A stretch of 64,000 nt of DNA from the IMG/VR virus record IMGVR_UViG_3300042731_009106, positions 32,001-96,000 of that record; one strand, 5' to 3'. The position numbers were made by a program, and so were the translations under genes. Below, piece after piece: positions 19,601 through 28,954 of this stretch. The stretch is from a virus. Positions within the stretch are counted from its first letter, which is position 1. The number at the start of each line of letters is the position of its first letter. Under the pieces are notes generated by a model. It saw only the letters and a program-made list of their open reading frames with translations. It did no database searches and was not told the DNA's origin.

Positions 19601-20016
19601 TTTTAGAATTTAATGATGAATGTAGTCTTTATTGTGGTGCTGGCTCTACAGGTCTAATGAATACCACAGTGATGGGCGAATTATTTCACCTTTATCATTT
19701 AGTACAAAATGCAACAGACATTTCATCAATAGACTCCTTATCTGATGAATATCAAAATTACATTAATAAAAATATTGACACTCTATCAGATATGCATTTT
19801 ATGCAAATAATTTTTATTTTCAAAAAAATATTTAAACCTTTATGCAATAATTTTATGGGGGGGTCAATGTTTGATTTTGATTTATTCCATTTGCATGGCG
19901 GCATAAAGAATGACCCGACAGGACAAATCGCTAAGTTCGTTCCGGCCATTTTGGAAGGCAATCATTCCAGAACAGAACAGTGGGACATTTTTTCTGATTT
20001 TATGAACTCAAACTAA
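16693..20016 (+). CDS. 1107-aa four-module glycan-modifying enzyme (GT11-like, GT-A, sulfotransferase, GT-like)
   Basis: FHCRVGDV/ADEDL; LLETDV/HLNGVALY; FFHTPKNAGT/LRDPFERALSLFKY; RWSKNW..GW/CYTRWLAY/SDYDVYN. Confidence 0.7.
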   Translation: MKTSESISYNYRLAEVIFNPYPFPDNLSNIITSNFKGSIGWHYLNLIKSDPFLQKYISLIGNHSIEYLHKNHSGILKKIFTYLEESIVKYDPYFYFKPSIKTHSFHCRVGDVIDFCQLHSVKEHLDKPIPSNQCRCINPDNEKPLSNIDSTVYISPLSHYSNFQSQHITLLSGGCFREDADDTRSKIYIQKIKNSLIKQGLSVYSRYRKSADEDLIYSLKSDFYTPSNSRFSQLIYYFRKFIKETNRESVYKKKMTPNIAIFFPCTHKEYKSGELLTCLNRLFESNPTESESFDLFFIFNKNTEDNYSKLRELDLPKFVKNIFIHSLDLTAEDDIYIQPWVNSNIPDKIPPLGLSSGPNQSFFRSFDYLISHENQYSHFLLLETDVHFLQEGWFDKCISFCKVNFFSIAGSTYKGLRSDHKNSTYKDHLNGVALYSNTKQLENILHKSEQTVREYVAAGNYFLNFDIGIDIFRQLDDGNLISDANKFIDTDFIINCSDTDKDIELSNRDVLSFFPNALLLHQKKLKDSTPEFSFIEDSEKYNIKTKKTFLFNFCSHTSKDKKIPLFFHTPKNAGTYINGNMLTFLRFYVRQFNEKVNFNKDLLGKPFDLRIVDSQGNSLFNIYGIDDKSIFKNDNKFVFLQGITYSININYINLDLLNSIDVFCINVTAKAFPFFEKIGDWFDSLSVSFLPFICLRDPFERALSLFKYLGSDSSIHEPTHRKIISKTFEDYMASNQLEDSWLIRSLCRSPVNQDITNKDLESTLSLLSYFTVFSIQNVDMSINKIFYTAYGYSRFDISDDWFNDLNFNQSSSKVDINLHTLPQNTQKAFKTRTFKDQLIFDIFINKKPHQYQQIKNNVICYYNKIEGNSFSKQSEALVDRWSKNWSSKGWNPIVLDSDFAKENPMYHKLNIGDLSSNLYHSSNHGSFGSAEYLSQCYTRWLAYSYFVSLNGSTIWSDYDVYNHSFTYDKFLEFNDECSLYCGAGSTGLMNTTVMGELFHLYHLVQNATDISSIDSLSDEYQNYINKNIDTLSDMHFMQIIFIFKKIFKPLCNNFMGGSMFDFDLFHLHGGIKNDPTGQIAKFVPAILEGNHSRTEQWDIFSDFMNSN

Positions 20017-20030
20017 TATAATCTTTAACT

Positions 20031-20675
20031 ATGAAAAGAACAGATATAATTAATTTACTTGCAAACAAAATTAGCGCAAAATCTTATCTAGAAATAGGGG
20101 TTAGAATACATTCTGAGAATTTTGATAAAATTAAAATACCACACAAGGTGGGGGTTGATCCTGATACTGAAAAAGCCTGTGATCGTGACGCAACATATAA
20201 AATTACATCAGATGAATATTTTCAATTTAATTACGAAAAATTTGATTTAATTTTTATTGACGGACTGCATGAAGAAGAACAGGTTGAACGTGATATACTA
20301 AACTCACTTGATCGTTTAAATGAAGGTGGTTATATAGTATGTCACGACATGAATCCTATTATTTACGAACGTCAATTACCTAACAACGATCCCAAATTTC
20401 TCGAATATTCACTGCGAGAAGAAGCAAAAGGCAATCCTCAGTATGGTTTTTGGAATGGTGATTGTTGGAAAGCATTTGTAAAATTAAAGATTTATCGTGA
20501 TGATTTGATAATGAAAACAGTTGATACTGATTTTGGGGTTGGTATCATCCAAAAAGGGTCTCAAAAAACATTAGATTTAGAATTTAAAAATTTAAACTAT
20601 GAAGGCCTAGAAAAAAACAGGAAAGAATGGTTAAATTTAATTTCTGTAGAAGAGTTTAAATTACATTACTCATGA
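20031..20675 (+). CDS. Class I SAM methyltransferase (Methyltransf_24-like), paralog 1
   Basis: SYLEIGV, FDLIFIDGLH, GGYIVCHD, WNGD.WK, VDTDFG. Confidence 0.85.
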   Translation: MKRTDIINLLANKISAKSYLEIGVRIHSENFDKIKIPHKVGVDPDTEKACDRDATYKITSDEYFQFNYEKFDLIFIDGLHEEEQVERDILNSLDRLNEGGYIVCHDMNPIIYERQLPNNDPKFLEYSLREEAKGNPQYGFWNGDCWKAFVKLKIYRDDLIMKTVDTDFGVGIIQKGSQKTLDLEFKNLNYEGLEKNRKEWLNLISVEEFKLHYS

Positions 20676-21280
20676 TATATAAAAATTACAAGAGCTTACT
20701 GGAGGACATTCAGTCTAAAAATTACAAAAGAATTATAGTCAGCGGACCTCAACGCTCAGGAACTACGTTTTTATCTCAAGTATTATCTGAAGATTTAGGT
20801 TTTGTTAAAAAAGATCAAAATTTTAATGAAGTAGGTCACATTTCTAATTTAATTAAATTTCCCGTACCTTATGTAGCTCAAGCTCCCCATCTTTCTTGGG
20901 AGCTTCATCATATTGATATACCTGAAACTTTTGTAATATTTTGTACCAGAAATTGCAATGATGTTATAGATTCTGCGCGAAAAAAATTATCCCTTACCAA
21001 CGATAGAACAAAAAACTGGAATAATTCTCATTTCGGTAATATTGGTGAACTTATACGTTTAAAGACATATATAAAACAAAAACAAGTTCCCGATTACTAT
21101 AGTGATGTTCATAGTTGTTATATAAAAAATAATCTTTGGTTATCCTACCAATACGTCAACATGAAAGTCGACCACGGAACAATGCCTTATGAATGCTTAA
21201 AAGATCACCCAAAGTTTATTAGTGATAAAAAAATAAGATCTAAAATTGGGCCTGAAGATATTGTGCCTCATGAAGAATAG
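20672..21280 (+). CDS. P-loop sulfotransferase-like protein
   Basis: IIVSGPQRSGTT PAPS-binding loop; IF..RN..DV..S. Confidence 0.6.
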   Translation: MIYKNYKSLLEDIQSKNYKRIIVSGPQRSGTTFLSQVLSEDLGFVKKDQNFNEVGHISNLIKFPVPYVAQAPHLSWELHHIDIPETFVIFCTRNCNDVIDSARKKLSLTNDRTKNWNNSHFGNIGELIRLKTYIKQKQVPDYYSDVHSCYIKNNLWLSYQYVNMKVDHGTMPYECLKDHPKFISDKKIRSKIGPEDIVPHEE

Positions 21281-21291
21281 TTTTTTAATTC

Positions 21292-22227
21292 ATGAACAAA
21301 AGCATTATAGTGACAGGGGGCTTGGGTTTTATAGGGAGCAACTTCATCAAGCATATTTTTAATAAGTATGACTACCATATTTACAATGTTGATGTCAAAA
21401 CATATGCAGCAAACTACAACAATATCAGCGAAGAAATCAATCGATCAGGCAGATACAGCCTATCAATTTGTGACATCAATGACACAGGTCGACTTCGAAA
21501 TTTAATTCAAAAGAATAATATAAATTATATTGTTAATTTTGCTGCTGAAAGTCATGTTGATAATAGTATAAATGATTCAACTCCTTTTGTACAAACCAAC
21601 ATAAATGGAACACACTCCTTATTAAGCTTGCTTCACGATTGCCCTAGCATCGAGAGATACCTTCAAGTATCCACAGACGAGGTATATGGCAGTTTAACTG
21701 AAGAAGATGATGCTTTTACTGAAAACACCCCATTGCAAGCAAATAGCCCTTATTCCGCAAGCAAAGCAAGTGCAGATTTATTGTGCCGTAGTTTTTATGA
21801 GACTTTCGACTATCCTATTTTAATTACTCGTTGTTCAAACAATTACGGGCCAAATCAACACGAAGAAAAATTAATTCCACTAATGATTAAAAATGCCAAA
21901 GCAGACAAAAAACTTCCTGTCTATGGTGATGGCAGAAACATTCGTGACTGGATTCATGTCTCAGATCATTGCTCTGGCATCGATGCGGTTTTACATGGTG
22001 GAAAAATTGGTGAAGTTTATAATATTGGCGGAAAAAATGAAGTGCGCAATATTGATATTGTTAAAACTATTCTAAAACTACTAAGCAAAGACGAAATTCA
22101 AATAGAATTTGTAAAAGATAGATTAGGTCACGATTGGCGTTATGCAATTGATAATACTAAAATTCAAAACGAATTAAATTGGTTTCCTAGTGTAAATTTT
22201 AAGGACGGATTAAAAGAATTATTATGA
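21292..22227 (+). CDS. rfbB: dTDP-glucose 4,6-dehydratase
   Basis: VTGG.GFIGSNF, NFAAESHVDNSI, VSTDEVYG, SPYSASKA, TRCSNNYGP.Q..EKLIP, RDWIHV.DH. Confidence 0.95.
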   Translation: MNKSIIVTGGLGFIGSNFIKHIFNKYDYHIYNVDVKTYAANYNNISEEINRSGRYSLSICDINDTGRLRNLIQKNNINYIVNFAAESHVDNSINDSTPFVQTNINGTHSLLSLLHDCPSIERYLQVSTDEVYGSLTEEDDAFTENTPLQANSPYSASKASADLLCRSFYETFDYPILITRCSNNYGPNQHEEKLIPLMIKNAKADKKLPVYGDGRNIRDWIHVSDHCSGIDAVLHGGKIGEVYNIGGKNEVRNIDIVKTILKLLSKDEIQIEFVKDRLGHDWRYAIDNTKIQNELNWFPSVNFKDGLKELL

Positions 22228-22673
22228 ACAAAGAAATAGTAGGATTTACAGCAGGGAATTTTGATTTATTGCATCCGGGTTATATTTATACTTTCGAGGA
22301 AGCGAAACGACATTGTGATCGTTTTTTAGTTTTCTTGCAACGAGATCCAAGTGCCACAAGGTTTACAAAATACAAACCCGTAATACCTTACTATGAAAGA
22401 TATAAAACCCTCATGGCTATAAAATATATTGACGAAGTATATATGTACCAGACAGAAGAAGAGTTGGTTGATTTAATTAAATTCTGGAAACCTGACATTC
22501 GCATACTGGGAGAAGATTACATTGGTAAAAGTTTTACAGGAGATGACCTCCCACCAAAAGTTATATATACTACTCGTTCGCATGAATGGTCAACCACTCG
22601 AATCAAAGATTTAATTACCCAACAAACCATAAAACAGAACCCTAAAATTCTAGAAGATAAATCCAATGGTTAG
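22224..22673 (+). CDS. Cytidylyltransferase (TagD/RfaE-II-like)
   Basis: GFTAGNFDLLHPGY (HxGH variant), P.I...ER...L.AIKYIDEV, LGEDY.GK.FTG. Confidence 0.85.
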   Translation: MNKEIVGFTAGNFDLLHPGYIYTFEEAKRHCDRFLVFLQRDPSATRFTKYKPVIPYYERYKTLMAIKYIDEVYMYQTEEELVDLIKFWKPDIRILGEDYIGKSFTGDDLPPKVIYTTRSHEWSTTRIKDLITQQTIKQNPKILEDKSNG

Positions 22674-23448
22674 AAAAATTTTCACATATTTTCACGACTT
22701 TAAAAATTGTGATAAAGAAAGAAAGCTAGTTGATTTTTGGCTTAAAAACTGGAAATCAAATGACTTTGATGCCGCTGTCCTATCTTTAGATGATGCTAAA
22801 GCTCATCCTTTTTTTGATGAGTTTAATGAAAAAATGACAGAAATAACTTCAACTATCCTCCACCAACCTCTCAGTCCATACGGTTGGTCTTGTTGGCATA
22901 GGTGGTTATCTTATGCTGCTCTCCCTATTGATGATTGTGTAATTGTTTGTGATTATGATATCTTAAATAGCTCTTTATGGTATCCCGGCAGAAAACTTTC
23001 AGACAAATTACACTTCATGGATTCCGACTGTCCTTGTGTATCCAGTGGAACCCCCAAACAGTTTGACAAATTAATTCGTGGCTTTATCGATCTACCTCTA
23101 AATAACATAGACTTTATAAAGTCTAGAAAAAAGTTATACCCACATTTTCATGATCAGGAATTTTTTAATTCTTTTTGTAAAGATATCGCTAACCCAGATT
23201 CATTCCAAGATGTTTTGACTGAGTATGACTTACTTCTTACTCGTAACACTCAAGAAGATGTTAGTCCATTTCGCTTTCAATCAAGTAAGCCTTTATGTTA
23301 TCATATTTCACACCAAAACACTCAGATGATCTTTAAATTAAACCTTAAAGAGTTCACCAGTCTAGACATTCAAGACTTAAGGTTAGAGCTTTTTAAACTA
23401 GCTAGCTCATCATACGATAACTTCAAGGAGGTCACAAGCTATGCATAG
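22666..23448 (+). CDS. GT-like protein homologous to the last module of 16693-20016
   Basis: W.KNW...., C..RWL.Y, DYD..N shared. Confidence 0.6.
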   Translation: MVRKIFTYFHDFKNCDKERKLVDFWLKNWKSNDFDAAVLSLDDAKAHPFFDEFNEKMTEITSTILHQPLSPYGWSCWHRWLSYAALPIDDCVIVCDYDILNSSLWYPGRKLSDKLHFMDSDCPCVSSGTPKQFDKLIRGFIDLPLNNIDFIKSRKKLYPHFHDQEFFNSFCKDIANPDSFQDVLTEYDLLLTRNTQEDVSPFRFQSSKPLCYHISHQNTQMIFKLNLKEFTSLDIQDLRLELFKLASSSYDNFKEVTSYA

Positions 23449-24082
23449 AACAGAAGTGATTAATATTTTAGCGGAAAAAATTAACGCAAAAACATATTTA
23501 GAAATTGGAGTAAGAGACCACAAAGACAATTTTAACGACGTAAATATTGAATCTAAAATTTCAGTTGATATCGAGATAGAGCCTTATGACAGAGAGCCTG
23601 ATTTCATAATGACATCAGATTCTTTTTTTGAGCAAAACGACAAGAATTTTGATTTAATTTTTGTTGATGGTTTACATGAGTCAAAACAATTAGAGAGTGA
23701 TATTTTAAACTCTATTGAAATTCTAAACGAAGGAGGTTATGTTGTTTGCCATGACACAAATCCTACTGTCTACGAAAGGCAGCTTACTCATTTTGATAAA
23801 GAAAGAATAGTTTATGTTCACAGGGAAAAACTTAAAGGCAACCCTCAATATGGTCTTTGGAACGGAGACATCTGGAAATCTATCGTGAGACTTAGATCTA
23901 GTAGAGATGATCTTAATTTCTTTACAGTTGATACAGATTTTGGAATGACTGCTATAAGTAAGGGTTTTCAAGAAAAATTAAACACCAAAGAGTCTGAGCT
24001 TAAATATAAAAATTTACAAAAAAATAGAAAAGAATGGTTAAATTTAATTTCAATTGATGAATTTAAATCTTTATTCAAATGA
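23441..24082 (+). CDS. Class I SAM methyltransferase, paralog 2
   Basis: TYLEIGV, FDLIFVDGLH, VCHD, GNPQYG.WNGD. Confidence 0.85.
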   Translation: MHRTEVINILAEKINAKTYLEIGVRDHKDNFNDVNIESKISVDIEIEPYDREPDFIMTSDSFFEQNDKNFDLIFVDGLHESKQLESDILNSIEILNEGGYVVCHDTNPTVYERQLTHFDKERIVYVHREKLKGNPQYGLWNGDIWKSIVRLRSSRDDLNFFTVDTDFGMTAISKGFQEKLNTKESELKYKNLQKNRKEWLNLISIDEFKSLFK

Positions 24083-24735
24083 GTAGTGCAAAAAAAATAT
24101 GGATGTGTTGGTTTCAGGGCGAAGACAGTAATACAGTTCCACCATTAAACAAGAAATGCATATCGCTCTGGAAACAATTAAATCCAGAACATGAAGTAAA
24201 CATTCTTAATATAGACACCATTAAAGATTATGTTCCAGAATTTTTTGAAATTATTGAAAATTCTCCCAATAGAAGCTGGGCCGCAAAATCAGATCTCTTG
24301 AGGATTCTTTTGCTCTCCAAGTATGGAGGGGTTTGGGCTGATGCAAGTGTTTACCCAGTTATGCCATTGAATGAATTCTATAACTTAATAGTAAATCACA
24401 CTAAGTTTTTTACTTATAGATTTATGCCTAGAGGAAGTTACGATAATCGCAAAAAATGCGAAACAGTAAGTTGGTTTTTGTGTGCAGATGAACCTCAATT
24501 ATATTTAATAGAAAAATGGAAAGAAGCATTTGTTAATAATTTTAAAACAATGAGGCATTGGCCATATTTTACATTTCACGAAACCTTAACAGAGCTATAC
24601 GACACAGATCCCACCATCAAAACACTACTAAATGACATGATTCAAATTGATGAAAAGATTCCTCACTCCGCTCAACATGGATGGCATAGCAAAAAGCCTT
24701 CTTTTGTTTACAAAAGACCTCATATCTCAATATAA
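24079..24735 (+). CDS. Capsular polysaccharide synthesis / GT32-like glycosyltransferase
   Basis: KIWMCWFQG, SDLLR..LL.KYGGVWADAS. Confidence 0.85.
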   Translation: MSSAKKIWMCWFQGEDSNTVPPLNKKCISLWKQLNPEHEVNILNIDTIKDYVPEFFEIIENSPNRSWAAKSDLLRILLLSKYGGVWADASVYPVMPLNEFYNLIVNHTKFFTYRFMPRGSYDNRKKCETVSWFLCADEPQLYLIEKWKEAFVNNFKTMRHWPYFTFHETLTELYDTDPTIKTLLNDMIQIDEKIPHSAQHGWHSKKPSFVYKRPHISI

Positions 24736-24736
24736 A

Positions 24737-25507
24737 ATGAAAAAATTAGCATACATATACTTTGGGCAAGTTAAGAATTACAATCGCATTCAACATGATC
24801 AATTTTCTACAAATGTTTTACCCGGCTTAAAAAACTTTGATGTAGATTTTTTCTTAACTACTACGCCCGCTGAAAAATATGTTAGCCCAAGACAAGGGGA
24901 AGACGGAGTAATTAACTACAAAAGCATAAACAATTTTATTAACTTTAAAAAAATTTACTACGATGATATTTTATCAAAGCAAAAAGAATTCGAAGATTTT
25001 GCCAACAGTTTATTAAAAAAATTTAGGTTTAGAGCTTGGAGAAACTTTTCTCTTCCTAGTACTATTAACTCTTTAAAGCAGATTTATTCTTTAAACTATT
25101 TCTACGATCAATTTAAAGACATAGCCACAGAATATGAATATTTTATCGTAGCTAGGTCAGATTTATTTTTCTTAACAAAACTTTCTTTACCTCAACTCAA
25201 TTCCCATAACATCTATCTTCCAGACTGGGGTCATTATAAAGATGGTTGTAACGATAGATATGCTGTAATTACGAGTTTAGATATTTTAAAAATTTATTGT
25301 TGCAGGTACAATTTTTTAAGAAACAATCCAGAGCCATATCATGCAGAAAGTTATTTAAGAAAATGTTTAAAAAGAAACGGTGTAAAATTCAAACAGTTCA
25401 AAAAATTTAAATTCAGATTACTAAGATCATGTAATCATGTATCTACTGAGGGTGGTGGATGTCCAGACAAAGCATTAACAAAAAAGTTTTATAACATCAA
25501 TTTATAA
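24737..25507 (+). CDS. GT-like protein homologous to C-terminal domain of 10011-11726
   Basis: Start placed at MKKLAY (ATG 24737, right after the upstream stop); FIVARSDL, NDRYAV, HAE..L. Confidence 0.6.
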   Translation: MKKLAYIYFGQVKNYNRIQHDQFSTNVLPGLKNFDVDFFLTTTPAEKYVSPRQGEDGVINYKSINNFINFKKIYYDDILSKQKEFEDFANSLLKKFRFRAWRNFSLPSTINSLKQIYSLNYFYDQFKDIATEYEYFIVARSDLFFLTKLSLPQLNSHNIYLPDWGHYKDGCNDRYAVITSLDILKIYCCRYNFLRNNPEPYHAESYLRKCLKRNGVKFKQFKKFKFRLLRSCNHVSTEGGGCPDKALTKKFYNINL

Positions 25508-25512
25508 TAATA

Positions 25513-25518
25513 GTGTAA
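25513..25518 (+). promoter_or_regulatory. GTGTAW motif
   Basis: GTGTAA 11 nt before ATG 25530. Confidence 0.6.
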
Positions 25519-25529
25519 ATTTGCATTAA

Positions 25530-26105
25530 ATGATAAACTATAAACATAAATTTATTTTTGTGCATATACCTAGAACTGGAGGAACCAGTTTGGAAAAGCA
25601 ATTTAATTATAATGGAGACAGGGATGGAAGAAAACATTTATCTTTCAATCAGTATAGTAAGCTCTTAAATGGTTTGAGCTTTCGTGATTATTTTAAATTT
25701 ACATTCATTAGAAATCCTTGGGACATTATGATATCAAACTACCTAGATGCCGGCTGGTATTCTAGCTCAAAGCCCGGTAGGGGAGGTCAAATAGGCTACC
25801 ATTCACGTAAAAGTTTAAAGTATTTTTTAGAGCATTATAAGCCAGCCAAGCACGAGCATGGAGATGCATTATTAGATTTTTTTAGCCCTGAAGAAGTTGA
25901 TTTTATAGGTAGATTTGAAAATCGTAGCAATGATTTACAATTTATATCTAGCAAGATAGGTTTAAAACTAGACTCTTCAGTTGTGCAGCGAAAAAATTCA
26001 CATAAAAAACATTATACTAAATACTACAACCAAGAAACTCGTGATATGGTTGCTAATAGATATTCAAAAGATATCAATACTTTTGGTTACAAATTTGGAG
26101 ATTAA
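25530..26105 (+). CDS. Sulfotransferase family 2
   Basis: FIFVHIPRTGGTS, FTFIRNPWD, DFIGRFE. Confidence 0.9.
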   Translation: MINYKHKFIFVHIPRTGGTSLEKQFNYNGDRDGRKHLSFNQYSKLLNGLSFRDYFKFTFIRNPWDIMISNYLDAGWYSSSKPGRGGQIGYHSRKSLKYFLEHYKPAKHEHGDALLDFFSPEEVDFIGRFENRSNDLQFISSKIGLKLDSSVVQRKNSHKKHYTKYYNQETRDMVANRYSKDINTFGYKFGD

Positions 26106-26109
26106 ATAA

Positions 26110-26757
26110 ATGGTATTTTCTTATATCAGAAAGTATATATTTGTAGCTGTGCCAAAGACTGGGAGCACTTCTATCACAAAATCGCTTGGAGACTTTGGTT
26201 CAACAAAGCTAGCAAGATTATATAGATTAGAAAAAGTTCCACAAGGAAGATGTAGTGGATTTTTATCCACATCTGACAATCATATTAGTGCCGCAGAATT
26301 ACAACACAACCTTGGGGATGCCTATCAAAAATATTTCACGTTTTCTTTTGTGAGAAATCCTTGGGACAGGTTTCTTGCAAATTATTTTTATATGAAAAAC
26401 ACCCCAAAACACCCAAGGCATAAAGATGCGAATTTATTTAAAAGTTTTGACCATTATGTTGACCACAGCTACAACAAGTTCACTAAGGGCAGAACTCCAA
26501 CCCAACAATCAGAATTTTTATGTAATGAATCAGGTGAAATTATAGTTGATTTTGTTGGTAAGCTAGAATCAATCAACCGAGATTTTAGGTTTGTTACAAA
26601 AAAAATAAATCTAAGAAATAGAATTGTTGATGTCTACAATAAAGGCAGACATAAGCATTACACAAAATGCTATAACGATGAATTAATTACTTTAGTTGGT
26701 GAAATGTTTGAACAAGATATAAAATTATTTAATTATAATTTTAATAATGAAGATTGA
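26110..26757 (+). CDS. Sulfotransferase family 2
   Basis: IFVAVPKTGSTS, FSFVRNPWDRF...Y, DFVGKLE. Confidence 0.9.
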   Translation: MVFSYIRKYIFVAVPKTGSTSITKSLGDFGSTKLARLYRLEKVPQGRCSGFLSTSDNHISAAELQHNLGDAYQKYFTFSFVRNPWDRFLANYFYMKNTPKHPRHKDANLFKSFDHYVDHSYNKFTKGRTPTQQSEFLCNESGEIIVDFVGKLESINRDFRFVTKKINLRNRIVDVYNKGRHKHYTKCYNDELITLVGEMFEQDIKLFNYNFNNED

Positions 26758-27715
26758 GAGCATTGAAGACATTTTAAATTTCAGATTTAATAAAGCTTTC
26801 CTGCGTCCTACTTGGTGGGAACAAGATGGATCTAGTGAAAATTTTACAGAATTTAATGACATAGACTTCTTAGAACATCACCCCTTGGCATACGATCACT
26901 TTAAAATTATCATTGATTCATCAAGAACTAGATTTATAAACAACAGTAGATCCAATGATGTTTTTTGTGATACCCAATCTTTAAGAATCTTGCCTTCAAT
27001 TCTTAAATTTAAAAAAAGAAATTTCAATAACTTAGTTTGTGCTGGGGATGATACATTACTATCTCAGGCGATGCCTATATTAGAATCGGTACGCTCTTAC
27101 TTTAATCAAATATTTTTTGAGGGTAAAAACATAAATTGCGATTGGGTTAAGATTATCCCAATGGGAATGATTATGGCATATATGATTAGAAATGGAGGCA
27201 ACGACAACATCTTACCTCAGATCAATAAAGACAAAAAGAAAACTAAGCTTATTGCTGCTGCTTTCGGTAGTCGCTGGCCAGAATTATTAGACAAAATACC
27301 AGACAGGCAAAGCCTTCATAGATTATTAAATCCGCACAGAAGAACAATACGTAGGTTGCGCTTTCAAAATGAGTATGAAAAATTGCATTGCATTAAAGAT
27401 ATTTCCTGCGATCCTAAAGAATTTTATGAAAAACTTTGTGACTATAAATTCTTTGCATCGCCTCTGGGCAATGGAATTCAAACACCAAAAATTTGTGAAT
27501 GCATAATGTGTGAAACTGTTCCAGTTGTCACGAATCATGTGGCTCATGTAGAGTTAAAAAATCGTTACGATCTCCCACTCTTAATAGTGGATCAATGGAG
27601 CGACATTACCGCTGATTTTTTAAACGAACAATGGGAGCAAACTTACTCCAAAGTTAAATGGAGCAGGCAAAAATCTAAATTTTTAATAAAAAACTTTAAA
27701 AAATTACTAAAATAA
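26747..27715 (+). CDS. Exostosin/GT47-like glycosyltransferase
   Basis: FYEKL..YKF.ASP.GNG..T..I.E......VPVV, LP.LIV..W. Confidence 0.7.
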   Translation: MKIESIEDILNFRFNKAFLRPTWWEQDGSSENFTEFNDIDFLEHHPLAYDHFKIIIDSSRTRFINNSRSNDVFCDTQSLRILPSILKFKKRNFNNLVCAGDDTLLSQAMPILESVRSYFNQIFFEGKNINCDWVKIIPMGMIMAYMIRNGGNDNILPQINKDKKKTKLIAAAFGSRWPELLDKIPDRQSLHRLLNPHRRTIRRLRFQNEYEKLHCIKDISCDPKEFYEKLCDYKFFASPLGNGIQTPKICECIMCETVPVVTNHVAHVELKNRYDLPLLIVDQWSDITADFLNEQWEQTYSKVKWSRQKSKFLIKNFKKLLK

Positions 27716-28690
27716 TTTATTATATTCTTTGATTAGATAAAACATCATATCAATCATAGTTTTTTCGTTTAGATATTTATCTGCTAACTTGTTTGCATTT
27801 GCTACAATCTTTTTGCATTTACTTTGATTATATCGGGCCCAAAGTAAATTTATATTTAGATTTGAAAATGTAATATCACATGGAATGTAATGCTTCCATG
27901 GTTTCATCAATGGATAAAACCACTCAAATGATTCAGCTTCATGTTTTATCAATACTGAATTAGTAAATAGATGTGCCCTTAATCTTTCTGCCCAATCAGC
28001 ATTAGTTCCTACAGATATAATATATTTATATTTTTGTTGATCAGGAAAGTTTATAGGCTCTACAACCTTTAAGCCTCCAGTTGGCGAGATATTTTCTATT
28101 TTTGTAAACCCAACATCAAACATTTTATTTCTGGAAATTTCGTATAGTTTACCCCTAGTTAGTTCACTCCAATGCTTAGCTTTCTTTTTTCCGTACTGTC
28201 CATTTGCCCACGTTTGCTTACTAATCTTTCCCCTAAATACAGCTTTATTAATTTTATCCTCCCAATTTATGTTATGCTTAATAGTTTCTTTTATGTATTT
28301 ATCCCATCCTTTTATCGGTGTAGCACAGCCAGTCTCTAAACCTCTTTGGTTGCCCATTGGTATTGGTATATTGAATATGTTTTTGTGCTGAGGCCTAATT
28401 GCCGAAAACACTGGAAACTTAGCGCCATATGCATCATTTAATATTACAATAAACTTACAGTCAGGAACATTATATTTTTCACACACTTTATTAATTAAGT
28501 ATTTTACATCCTCATATCTATCATGTTTCTTAGATGGATCTGTAAAACTACATACATTATCTTTAATAGTTACTTTGGTCGCTATGGCCTGCATAAGATA
28601 ATTGTATTCTTTGTCTACAAAATTATTATTAAAATTTTTATTTTTAATGTCTTTAAATAGTTTTTTTGCTAAAGATTGTAATTTTCTCAT
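27707..28690 (-). CDS. Glycosyltransferase family 90 (CAP10/POGLUT-like)
   Basis: WEDK..KAVFRG, Q.KYKYII.V......ERL...L...SVL.K....FEWFY..MKPW.HYIP; start placed at MRKLQ (ATG 28690). Confidence 0.85.
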   Translation of the reverse strand: MRKLQSLAKKLFKDIKNKNFNNNFVDKEYNYLMQAIATKVTIKDNVCSFTDPSKKHDRYEDVKYLINKVCEKYNVPDCKFIVILNDAYGAKFPVFSAIRPQHKNIFNIPIPMGNQRGLETGCATPIKGWDKYIKETIKHNINWEDKINKAVFRGKISKQTWANGQYGKKKAKHWSELTRGKLYEISRNKMFDVGFTKIENISPTGGLKVVEPINFPDQQKYKYIISVGTNADWAERLRAHLFTNSVLIKHEAESFEWFYPLMKPWKHYIPCDITFSNLNINLLWARYNQSKCKKIVANANKLADKYLNEKTMIDMMFYLIKEYNKLF

Positions 28691-28695
28691 TTTTA

Positions 28696-28701
28696 GTGTA
28701 A
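28696..28701 (+). promoter_or_regulatory. GTGTAW motif
   Basis: GTGTAA 8 nt before ATG 28710. Confidence 0.6.
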
Positions 28702-28709
28702 TATATAAT

Positions 28710-28931
28710 ATGTCATCACCAAAAGATATTCCAAGTATTTTAAACGCCACAGAAACAGTAACCGCTCCTTCTGGTAGAAGCATTTATATTACAGCGATCC
28801 TTAAAGGACACGTTCTTACTATTGATTCTTTGGAAGTGAGCAACAATCATGTTGGATCTTTTTCTTCTCCAATTAAATGTGCCAGCTTTACTGGGGAAAT
28901 CGGGCATGTCGCCTACTATATATCTCACTAA
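28710..28931 (+). CDS. 73-aa beta-rich hypothetical protein (possible virion decoration protein)
   Basis: MSSPKDIPSIL...YYISH; start defined by the upstream GTGTA motif, avoiding overlap with the GT90 gene. Confidence 0.65.
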   Translation: MSSPKDIPSILNATETVTAPSGRSIYITAILKGHVLTIDSLEVSNNHVGSFSSPIKCASFTGEIGHVAYYISH

Positions 28932-28954
28932 ATAGTTGGCGTTTGTCAATTTTC

